Shown in pieces: positions 10,113 through 17,996 of a stretch of 64,000 nucleotides of DNA; positions within the stretch are counted from its first letter, which is position 1; each line of letters opens with the position of its first letter. Where the stretch lies: IMG/VR virus record IMGVR_UViG_3300028833_000071. One strand, 5' to 3'. The position numbers and the translations under genes were made by a program. The stretch is from a virus. Its lineage: Duplodnaviria > Caudoviricetes. The notes under the pieces were generated by a model that did not search any database, was not told where the DNA came from, and worked only from the letters and a program-made list of their open reading frames with translations.

Positions 10113-11765
10113 CTATTCATATCTTTCTGTTACATCACTTATAATTTCGAAAGAAAGCACATTTTCAAAAAATCTTATTTCTCTACCATCATTTACCTTA
10201 ATATCAATATGATATTTATTTGGTATGAAATCTTGTGTGTATATTTTAAAGAAGTTATTTAAGAAACACTTTTCTATTTTTGTATATGGGACAACCTCCA
10301 ATTGTCTTGCCCCATCATAAACATAAATGCGATATTCAGCGTTTGAGACCAACATTCTTTTATCTGTTGAGTATTTCTCCCTGAAATCAACGGTTATTTC
10401 ACGCTCTTGGCCTCTTTTAAGTCTTTCATTATCATTTATACCATATAAAGAAGGCACCAAAAGATTTTTTGAATATGAATTTTCGCTGATTTTTAATTTA
10501 TTTGATAAAGGTTTTGTAGAGAACTCTAATTCTACATCTTCGTTAGAAACGCCGTTTAAAACGATTTCAGACCATTTATCATAATAGATGGCACCCTTTT
10601 CCATTTCATTACCTGAAGTGCTCACAGAAGCGTAATAAACGCCTTTTGTGGATTGTTTCACTTCAACATCTTCATCATTAATGGTACATATTGGATTTTT
10701 GTCAAGATTGGTAGGTATTCCATCATCAAAGACATAAAGATAAAGTTTATTCTCTTTTCCTAATGTAAACGATTCCCTGTCATCCATTATATATTCATTA
10801 TAATTTGCTTCAACATAAGGATGGAAGAATGTGTTTGTGTTGTCAGTAAAGAAACCAACATAATATTCATTAAGTTGTGAGCCTATTTTTTCGGTTTCGG
10901 GTACAAATGCAAGGCCCAAACCAAAATTATCAATACATTTTTTCTCATAATCTTCCAATGTATCGTCTATTTCGTCTTTTAACTCATCCATGACATATTT
11001 TGTTATGTCTATTGAAAGATTTTCGTTACCGAAATCAAAATGTTGTGTACCAATTATAATAGAATCCTCGCCATTAAGATATTTTTCATATTCTTCCATT
11101 AAAAATTCGTTTGAATATATACCTCCATGTAAAGCCTCTTCGTTTAATGAATATGATTCAGTTAACTCAATAAGGTCATTTTGTGCTTTTTCCCAATCGC
11201 CTGTATCTGAATAAGCGCTTGCAATTTTAAATATTTCCTCTGATATTTCATCTGACCTTTTCCTATCATAGTATTTTTTCCTATTGATATTCAACGGCAT
11301 ATTATCAAGGTCAAATTTATCTCTTTCATATTTCCATGGTACGAATTTTTTTGCAAAATACCAGTTAGAGCCATCTTCGGCATATGCAAGTTTGTCTTGA
11401 ATATAAAAGTCGTTTTTATAATCAAAGCCACGGCCCATATCAAAATCCATGGGAAGTTTGAAAAGCATTAAGTCGAATGAAGTGGCCCTATCAAATTTAA
11501 AATCAGGTGCAATATGTATCGGTTTTTCATAAGGGACCGTATCAACTGAGAAACAATTTGTCATTTTAAGAGTAAAACTTAATTTATCCGTATTGGCAAA
11601 TGTTTTATTATTTATTAAATCTTTTATTTCGTTTATATCGAAATGAAGTAATCCCCTCATTAAAAACTGGCCGTATCCAACGCTTAAAATAGGATTTAAC
11701 CCTAAATTTTGGAGCGAATTCTCAATAATCGTATTGGTTTTATCTAAAAAAAAGTGTCTTATCAT
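10113..11765 (-). CDS. Putative structural protein
   Basis: 550-aa ORF; late motif at 11784-11792. Confidence 0.65.
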   Translation of the reverse strand: MIRHFFLDKTNTIIENSLQNLGLNPILSVGYGQFLMRGLLHFDINEIKDLINNKTFANTDKLSFTLKMTNCFSVDTVPYEKPIHIAPDFKFDRATSFDLMLFKLPMDFDMGRGFDYKNDFYIQDKLAYAEDGSNWYFAKKFVPWKYERDKFDLDNMPLNINRKKYYDRKRSDEISEEIFKIASAYSDTGDWEKAQNDLIELTESYSLNEEALHGGIYSNEFLMEEYEKYLNGEDSIIIGTQHFDFGNENLSIDITKYVMDELKDEIDDTLEDYEKKCIDNFGLGLAFVPETEKIGSQLNEYYVGFFTDNTNTFFHPYVEANYNEYIMDDRESFTLGKENKLYLYVFDDGIPTNLDKNPICTINDEDVEVKQSTKGVYYASVSTSGNEMEKGAIYYDKWSEIVLNGVSNEDVELEFSTKPLSNKLKISENSYSKNLLVPSLYGINDNERLKRGQEREITVDFREKYSTDKRMLVSNAEYRIYVYDGARQLEVVPYTKIEKCFLNNFFKIYTQDFIPNKYHIDIKVNDGREIRFFENVLSFEIISDVTERYE

Positions 11766-11846
11766 TTTTTATTATTCTTTAACATAAATAGTTATAAAAT
11801 AATAGTTTTTTTTAATGTTGTTTTTTAAAAAAATACCAAACCAAAA

Positions 11847-11968
11847 ACTATTTATAAGAAACAGATTGGGAAATATTGTTTAAAGAAAAATAATGACGCT
11901 GCCCAAATCTCGCTATGAGGTCATAAGGTTAGTCAATGAAGGGAGCCTATGCGCAAGGGCCCCTTTTT
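11847..11968 (+). ncRNA. Candidate small structured late RNA (alternatively a 31-aa ORF)
   Basis: Late motif 11847-11856; stem AGATTGGG/CCCAAATCT; terminator-like GC hairpin plus T-run at 11939-11968; GC-rich relative to flanks. Confidence 0.35.
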
Positions 11969-12016
11969 CGTTATTTGACTTTTTTTAAAAATATATTATA
12001 TTTTTAAAAATATTTT

Positions 12017-12463
12017 ATGAAAAAGATAAAAAGTGAAGTAAAATTTTCTGATGACATTTTTAAAATTAAAATTGGAACCATTGATAAAAAAAATCCTGAA
12101 GTGATTTATATTGAATTGGGTTCTTACATTTCTCCTATTAAGGAAAAAGAATCATATAAAAACAATATTTTTAGTATAGAGAATAAAGCCAAGACATTAC
12201 TCAGTGATTTTCTGAAGAACAATCCGTTATGTAAAAGGGATTATATGTTAGTTTCGGATATAGCCGACACTCGTATGACCAAAAACAAGAAATCGTATTT
12301 TGAAATACAGATTTTCATGAAACCAACAGATGAAGCCAAAGCATCAACTAATTTTTCGGGCCTTGTTGATAAAATCAATGATGAATGTGTTTCAAAAATT
12401 GTTCCATGTATAAAGGGATATATTGAGGAAAACGATTTTGAATGTTTTAAAACAAGGAAATAA
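12017..12463 (+). CDS. Hypothetical protein
   Basis: 148-aa ORF. Confidence 0.7.
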   Translation: MKKIKSEVKFSDDIFKIKIGTIDKKNPEVIYIELGSYISPIKEKESYKNNIFSIENKAKTLLSDFLKNNPLCKRDYMLVSDIADTRMTKNKKSYFEIQIFMKPTDEAKASTNFSGLVDKINDECVSKIVPCIKGYIEENDFECFKTRK

Positions 12464-12499
12464 AGGTTATTTTAAACTATTTATAGTAAAAATAATAAG

Positions 12500-12889
12500 A
12501 TGCAAAATTTCATAATAAGACAATTCTCTAAATTGCCGTCACTAGAATTAGAATTAATAAATGACGGAAGATACGATTTTCAGAAATCATTAATAAATGA
12601 GGCTCTACAAGACAGTACGGTAACTTTTAGCATGAAAGACGAAGAAACTGGATTACTTAAAGTGGCAAAAGCCGAAGCAAATATTGTACTTGCCAATGAA
12701 GAAGGTTGTGATGAAAAATATATTTTACAATACAAATGGAAAGACCGTGATGTTGCAAAAAAAGGTATTTTCGATGGATGGTTTGAAATAAAATTTAATG
12801 GGGATTTAATAAACTGTGATGGTACTCAATACCCAGAAGGCAATTTAATAGTCCCTGTCGAAGAAGAATTAAGAATAATTATAAAATAA
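12500..12889 (+). CDS. BppU-like Ig-fold baseplate-associated protein
   Basis: LPSLELEL...TVTFSM...LQYKW...D...G.F.GWFEI.F...LIVP pattern; late motif at 12476-12485. Confidence 0.5.
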   Translation: MQNFIIRQFSKLPSLELELINDGRYDFQKSLINEALQDSTVTFSMKDEETGLLKVAKAEANIVLANEEGCDEKYILQYKWKDRDVAKKGIFDGWFEIKFNGDLINCDGTQYPEGNLIVPVEEELRIIIK

Positions 12890-12897
12890 GCAAAATA

Positions 12898-13833
12898 ATG
12901 GTTAAAGAGACAACTATATCACCAAAGTTAAAAAGAAAAATGCTCGAAGAACAAATTGATAATATAATCAATGAAGAATTGGGTATTGCAGATGAGGTTG
13001 TTAAACTTGCGGATTTAATTGAAAAACAAGTTTTTTCTCTATTAAATCAAGGTATTACAGAAAAATTTTTTAATGTTAAGACTAAATTATCTGATGTTAA
13101 TGTGGATTTTATTTATAAAGAATTTAGTAATGCGGAAGAAGCATTAAATTGGATAAATAAAAATGGACGTTCTGATGGATATTCATATCAAACAAATACA
13201 ATATATTTAGGTGTTTATTTAATTGGTGGCGTTTTAAATACATTTGACCTTAATGATACAATAATGCATGAATGCAGTCATTATTGGGAATGTAAAAAAT
13301 CAGGAAAAACACAATATAATGATGCGTATGCCACGATAGCAAGGGGAGTGAGTAATTGGAATCCTTGTATTAGCCAATTGTGTGAAATATTATACTATTG
13401 TGATAAACATGAAATAAATTCATTTGTAAATGGAACATATTCAACAGCGATGAAAAAGAAAAAGCATTACGGAAGTTATAGACAATTTATCGCTGATAAC
13501 GGCGTTAGTAATTTATATGTGATGCTTAGAGATGCTGAAGAAATTGTAAGGAGTTTAGAAATAAAAAACAGTTCCTCATTCTTTATTGCTGCATTTTGGC
13601 TTATAAGCAATGGAATATTTAATTGTGAAGCAGAAGAAGTAGTGGATAAAATAATTAAAATTGCTCAAAATGCCTATCAATATTTAATTAGTCGAATCGG
13701 CAAAGCATATGCATTATATACAGCAAGACTTAAGGAAGAAGAAGAAAAATTGAGAGATGCACAAATTAAAATGATGCTTCAAAGATATAAAATTGGAACT
13801 GAAAATAATGAAAAAGAAAAAGGCGAGATTTAA
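12898..13833 (+). CDS. Zincin-like metallopeptidase (HExxH), putative virion cargo
   Basis: IMHECSHY motif; leader IDNIINEELG; paralogous to 60954-61814. Confidence 0.55.
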   Translation: MVKETTISPKLKRKMLEEQIDNIINEELGIADEVVKLADLIEKQVFSLLNQGITEKFFNVKTKLSDVNVDFIYKEFSNAEEALNWINKNGRSDGYSYQTNTIYLGVYLIGGVLNTFDLNDTIMHECSHYWECKKSGKTQYNDAYATIARGVSNWNPCISQLCEILYYCDKHEINSFVNGTYSTAMKKKKHYGSYRQFIADNGVSNLYVMLRDAEEIVRSLEIKNSSSFFIAAFWLISNGIFNCEAEEVVDKIIKIAQNAYQYLISRIGKAYALYTARLKEEEEKLRDAQIKMMLQRYKIGTENNEKEKGEI

Positions 13834-13846
13834 TCGCCTTTTTTTT
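13817..13846. terminator. Intrinsic terminator; IS inserted in its T-tract
   Basis: AAAAAGGCGA-loop-TCGCCTTTTT hairpin. Confidence 0.75.
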
Positions 13847-13973
13847 AGGGAACTATGTACATGATGGCACAAAATTAGAAAGAAATTTCTGATTTTCAGT
13901 TAAAAAACTGGTTTTTCAGGTTGAAAAATTGTATATTCTACACTATAAATAAGTGTAACCAACCTGAATTGCT

Positions 13974-14909
13974 ATGATTAACCTTGCCCATTTCAACTCC
14001 CTGCCCCAAATCTTCCGCCATTTCCGTGACAAAGCCACCTGCCTAAAGTTCATTGAGGAACAAATCTACCCTGACGGACTTGTTGCTTGCCCGTATTGCG
14101 GTGGTATGCACCCATATCGCCGTGGTGACGGACGCTTCAAGTGCCGTGAGTGCGGTTCCTCGTTCTCAATCCTTCAGGAAACCATCTTCCAAGACACCAA
14201 ATTGCCGTTATACAAGTGGTTTGGAGCCATTTTCCTTATGTCAACTCACTCAAAGGGTGTTTCCTCAAAGCAAGCCGCCATTGACTTGGGTGTGACGCAA
14301 AAAACCGCTTGGTTTATGCTCCACAAGATTCGTACCACCTTTGCACAATCAGCCCCAATTCTTGAGGACGAGGTTGAGATTGACGAAACTTATGTGGGTG
14401 GTAGGGAAACCAACAAGCACGAAAGCAAGAAGGTTGAGGGTACTCAAGGCAGAAGCACCAAGACAAAGACACCCGTTTTCGGTATGGCGCAAAGGGAAGG
14501 CAATGTGTTTGCCATCAAGGTTGAGGACACAAGGAGCGCAACGCTTATGCCCATTATCAAGAACCATATCAAGGTTGGTTCAGTTGTTTACACGGACGAA
14601 ACCAATATCTACTGCAACTTGAACGATAACGGGTATGTCAGGGAGATTGTCAACCACAGCCAAAAGGAGTTTGCCGTGGGACGAAAGTACACGAACACGA
14701 TTGAGGGCTTTTGGGGACAATTCAAGCGTATGGTTTATGGCACATACCACTTTGTTTCACGCTACTATATGCAGCGTTACATTGACGAGGCGGTGTTCCG
14801 CTACAACAACAGAAAAAAGAAGGGCGGCGAAAGATTCGCTGCCATTATGGAACACGCCCTGAATGTTGTCACATTCGAGGAGGTTAAGATTGTCAAGTGT
14901 GCTGCTTAA
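13974..14909 (+). CDS. tnp: IS1595-family (ISXO2-like) DDE transposase
   Basis: Zn ribbon CPYCG...CREC, KTAWFMLHKIR, VEIDETYVGG, VYTDE, TNTIEGFW, YIDEAVFRYN; GC content much higher than flanks. Confidence 0.95.
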   Translation: MINLAHFNSLPQIFRHFRDKATCLKFIEEQIYPDGLVACPYCGGMHPYRRGDGRFKCRECGSSFSILQETIFQDTKLPLYKWFGAIFLMSTHSKGVSSKQAAIDLGVTQKTAWFMLHKIRTTFAQSAPILEDEVEIDETYVGGRETNKHESKKVEGTQGRSTKTKTPVFGMAQREGNVFAIKVEDTRSATLMPIIKNHIKVGSVVYTDETNIYCNLNDNGYVREIVNHSQKEFAVGRKYTNTIEGFWGQFKRMVYGTYHFVSRYYMQRYIDEAVFRYNNRKKKGGERFAAIMEHALNVVTFEEVKIVKCAA

Positions 14910-15463
14910 TCATCTATTAGTCTTATAAATGCACAATTGCCGTAATATGATATATCATAGACATCATCAGCGTCCACATAATCATTTAGTTTACTACATT
15001 CTTCTTCACTATCAAACCAAATATATAAAGTCGTCTTTTCATCTGAGAACTTGTAATTCAAATCACCAAAGGGTGTATCAATCAACAAACCATTGTGTAC
15101 ATTTTGAGCATCCAAATAGTTATATACAAACTCATAAAAATCGTCTTTCGTCCATTGTAGTATCTGGTTTTCTTTCAGCACCATCTTTACAGACTCTTTC
15201 ACAACCTTCTTTACAAGGTTATTGACTTGACTTTCGTTCAGTCTTATCGTTTGTTTCTTGTTCATTTTTCTATTCTCTTTTATTTCTTGGTTATTTTCTT
15301 TGTTGTTTGCTTGTTGTGGTGAAGTGTTCTGCAATGCAACACCTGTTTTATCGTTGTAAATCCCGTTTGATAAATATTCAATTATACTCAATATGATTTT
15401 TTGTATTGGTTGTTCAACATGGATTCTTTCGAATGGCTTTTTTATTTTTCTTTGATTCAACAA
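14906..15463 (-). CDS. IS passenger gene, leader-bearing putative virion cargo protein
   Basis: Lies inside the TIRs; internal MNKKQTIRLNESQV...KESVKMVLKE; late motif at 15482-15490; stop overlaps the transposase stop. Confidence 0.8.
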   Translation of the reverse strand: MLNQRKIKKPFERIHVEQPIQKIILSIIEYLSNGIYNDKTGVALQNTSPQQANNKENNQEIKENRKMNKKQTIRLNESQVNNLVKKVVKESVKMVLKENQILQWTKDDFYEFVYNYLDAQNVHNGLLIDTPFGDLNYKFSDEKTTLYIWFDSEEECSKLNDYVDADDVYDISYYGNCAFIRLIDD

Positions 15464-15503
15464 GCATTATTCGTTTTTCCAATAAATAGTTCGGAAAAAC
15501 AAA

Positions 15504-15531
15504 AAAAGTTAGCCTTTATCGGACTGACTTT
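15504..15531. terminator. Terminator-like hairpin at IS right end
   Basis: AAAGTTAG-loop-CTGACTTT; related hairpins near 25520, 40415, 40757 and 44595. Confidence 0.65.
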
Positions 15532-15559
15532 GTGCCATCAAGTATATAGTTCCCTTTTT

Positions 15560-15862
15560 TTATTGTTTCTTGCGTCTTGCAAATTCTGTTTTAAAATCGT
15601 TTTCCATATCTTTATTATTATAAAGTTCCATCATTCTTTTACAAGTTTCCATTATTATGGAACCAATCATTTGTGGGTTGCCTTTTAGACTTTTATCTGT
15701 GTTTAGGTCAACACCAAATTGATAAAGTTTCATTATCAAATCACCTAAATTGGTGCCTTCTTCAAACTTTTTAAAGGGGGAGTCTTCATTTAGAACTTTT
15801 GTAACAGCACTTTTGACAATTTTGCCAAGTTGTTCTTCGTTTATTTTAATTATTTTTTTCAT
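15560..15862 (-). CDS. Small leader-bearing putative virion cargo protein
   Basis: MKKIIKINEEQLGKIVKSAVTKVLNE leader; stop codon lies in the IS target duplication. Confidence 0.75.
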   Translation of the reverse strand: MKKIIKINEEQLGKIVKSAVTKVLNEDSPFKKFEEGTNLGDLIMKLYQFGVDLNTDKSLKGNPQMIGSIIMETCKRMMELYNNKDMENDFKTEFARRKKQ

Positions 15863-15946
15863 ATTTTTAATTTTTTCCCTTTATTTTTCATAAAATTCTT
15901 ATAACATACATAATACCACAAAACCAATTTTTTTCAAAAATGGCGC

Positions 15947-16261
15947 TCAATAATAGCAAACATTATAAATATCTTCAAGAGTTTTTGTCCAGCTTTCAAG
16001 TTGTTCTTTTGTGATGTATTTACCATTAAATTCAAAACCTTCATTAAAGCCACAAGCCAAGTACAACCTATTTTGGCAATATAATAAATCTTCAACGGCT
16101 TGCCCCATTTGTTTAATTATTTCGCTAATCTCATTCATGGTATAACCATTTTCACCATCAATTCCCATTTTTACATTTTCATTCAGAACTTTTTTTACAG
16201 ATTCAGATACAATTTGTTTCAATTGTTTTTCGTTAATCTTAATTTCTTGTTTATTATTCAT
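15947..16261 (-). CDS. Small leader-bearing putative virion cargo protein
   Basis: MNNKQEIKINEKQLKQIVSESVKKVLNE leader. Confidence 0.75.
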   Translation of the reverse strand: MNNKQEIKINEKQLKQIVSESVKKVLNENVKMGIDGENGYTMNEISEIIKQMGQAVEDLLYCQNRLYLACGFNEGFEFNGKYITKEQLESWTKTLEDIYNVCYY

Positions 16262-16297
16262 CTTTTTTTTAATTATTAGACATTATTGCTTTTTTTT

Positions 16298-17011
16298 TTA
16301 TGTATTTAAAATGGGGTACATTTTTATTATTCGATTCATTATACTTTTAACTTTACCTTCATATCCTTTATCACTAGCGTATCTTTTACCATTCATATTT
16401 ACAAATGAACCTGGTTTTAATAAATCATCCAATGTTGTATCATCAGCCAAATAATCGTTTTTAATCAAATTAATAAAAGGCACAATACTTTCATCAGGCG
16501 AGGAATAAGTACAGACATTTTTACCACTGTCATATGACCCAACTGAAAAGACGCTATTAGTCGTTTTGGCTCTATTTGTTTGACCAAAGCAAGACTCTAA
16601 GTTTGCAATTGCCAATGTAAATGCAAGGTTGAAGTTGTTTTCTTCACAAGCGGTAACCAATGCTTCTGGAGTTAAGTTAGTTGTGGACCAATCATAACCC
16701 TGATTTTTCATAGCCCATTCCATGTAATCTTTACAGGCTTGTACTTTTTGGTCGTGTATTGTATCGGCTTCAGGCAGCATTTCTTCGACATATTCAATTA
16801 AATCGTCCTTTTCCATTTGACTTATTCCCATTTTATTAACAGCGCCAATGATAGTAGCGGCGGTAATGCCGATTAGAAGTGCTTTTTTAATTTTTTTCTT
16901 AATATCATCCAGATTAAGTGATTCATTTAGTTGTTTTGCTAAAATATATTCACCTTCTTCTGAAATAATGTTTTTTAATTGTCCTTCTGTTAATATAACC
17001 GTTTTCATCAC
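16298..17011 (-). CDS. Glucosaminidase/lysozyme-fold peptidoglycan hydrolase-like protein with leader
   Basis: LAIANLESCFG (catalytic Glu), NSVFSVG and YASDKGY resemble GH73; leader VILTEGQLKNIISEE. Confidence 0.6.
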   Translation of the reverse strand: MMKTVILTEGQLKNIISEEGEYILAKQLNESLNLDDIKKKIKKALLIGITAATIIGAVNKMGISQMEKDDLIEYVEEMLPEADTIHDQKVQACKDYMEWAMKNQGYDWSTTNLTPEALVTACEENNFNLAFTLAIANLESCFGQTNRAKTTNSVFSVGSYDSGKNVCTYSSPDESIVPFINLIKNDYLADDTTLDDLLKPGSFVNMNGKRYASDKGYEGKVKSIMNRIIKMYPILNT

Positions 17012-17916
17012 TCAAAAATGTTTGACAATTCAATTAAATTACAAATATCCTCTCCGATAGTGTCAAGAGAGTATTTTTTATTGTTTACTTGTTCTAAAAC
17101 AGTTGATAATCTGTCGCTTGATGCCTTATCACCTTTTGTTTCAAACATTATTTTGGCCTTTTCTATGTTTTCAGCGCATAATGATTTATAGCGATTGAAT
17201 ATTTGTTCTCTGTTTTCACTTGAGGCAATTTCTTTTAGAACTTTAGTTTCTTCTTCGTTTAGAGTTTCTGAATATTTTTTATTGAATTGTTCCAAAAGTT
17301 CATTTGCTAGTGTATCAAGGTCTTTTTGTTCAAATACATTTTTTGACGTTTCATTATTCTCTATATTTTCTCTAATGACTTTGATTGCATCGCTGTATTC
17401 AGATATATTGTTTAACGAATATTTATTTTCTGCAATATAATCAATGGCTGAATATAATTTTTGGTTTTCTGAAGGTATAAGGCCATTTGCTTTTTCACCG
17501 ACCATCAGATAACCTTCGGCTAAGACCATACCAAGTGCCTTAACATCTTCTTTCAATGTGGATTTGTCAATATCGACCTCTTTTTCAGATAGTTTTTTAA
17601 GGAAAAAGTCAATATCAGTGTTTTTACCTGATTTTCTAATTCCTTCACAGATTGTTTGGTAGGTCGAAAGGTTTTTGTTTGAATTAACCAAATTTATATA
17701 TTTCTTCAAAACATTTTTACCATCCTGCATATTGAAAAGTTCAGGTGACAATGATTCAAAACACTCTTTTATATAGCCGAAGTTTTTGTTAGACAAATCA
17801 TTTGCCCTTTTAACTAAATTGATGAAACTAATTCTAGAATCACATTCTTCATTGATTTTGTGTCTGTAATCCTCAACTTCCTTTATTGTATTGAATTTAT
17901 TTATGTTTTCAGTCAT
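17008..17916 (-). CDS. Putative prohead core protein
   Basis: 302-aa helical ORF directly downstream of portal; late motif at 17931-17939. Confidence 0.55.
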   Translation of the reverse strand: MTENINKFNTIKEVEDYRHKINEECDSRISFINLVKRANDLSNKNFGYIKECFESLSPELFNMQDGKNVLKKYINLVNSNKNLSTYQTICEGIRKSGKNTDIDFFLKKLSEKEVDIDKSTLKEDVKALGMVLAEGYLMVGEKANGLIPSENQKLYSAIDYIAENKYSLNNISEYSDAIKVIRENIENNETSKNVFEQKDLDTLANELLEQFNKKYSETLNEEETKVLKEIASSENREQIFNRYKSLCAENIEKAKIMFETKGDKASSDRLSTVLEQVNNKKYSLDTIGEDICNLIELSNIFE

Positions 17917-17996
17917 AACTATTTTTTCTTATAAATAGTATTATAACCAAAAAGGGTGTTTTGTCACCCCTTTTTGAATGATAATTTAATTATTTT

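Larger units (their letters stand above)
13848..15554 (+). mobile_element. Intact IS1595-family element with passenger gene
   Basis: TIRs GGGAACTATGTACATGATGGCACAAA (13848-13873) and the reverse complement of 15529-15554, 24/26 identical; 8-bp direct repeat TTTTTTTA at 13840-13847 and 15555-15562. Confidence 0.93.

Noticed and set aside
13944-13951. Sense-strand TATAAATA before the transposase as a T4-type late promoter
   Set aside because: Single instance in the loop of a small hairpin; this phage's late genes use the opposite orientation.
14053-14862. Alternative-frame ORFs within the transposase
   Set aside because: Expected from the locally higher GC content; the transposase is complete in one frame.
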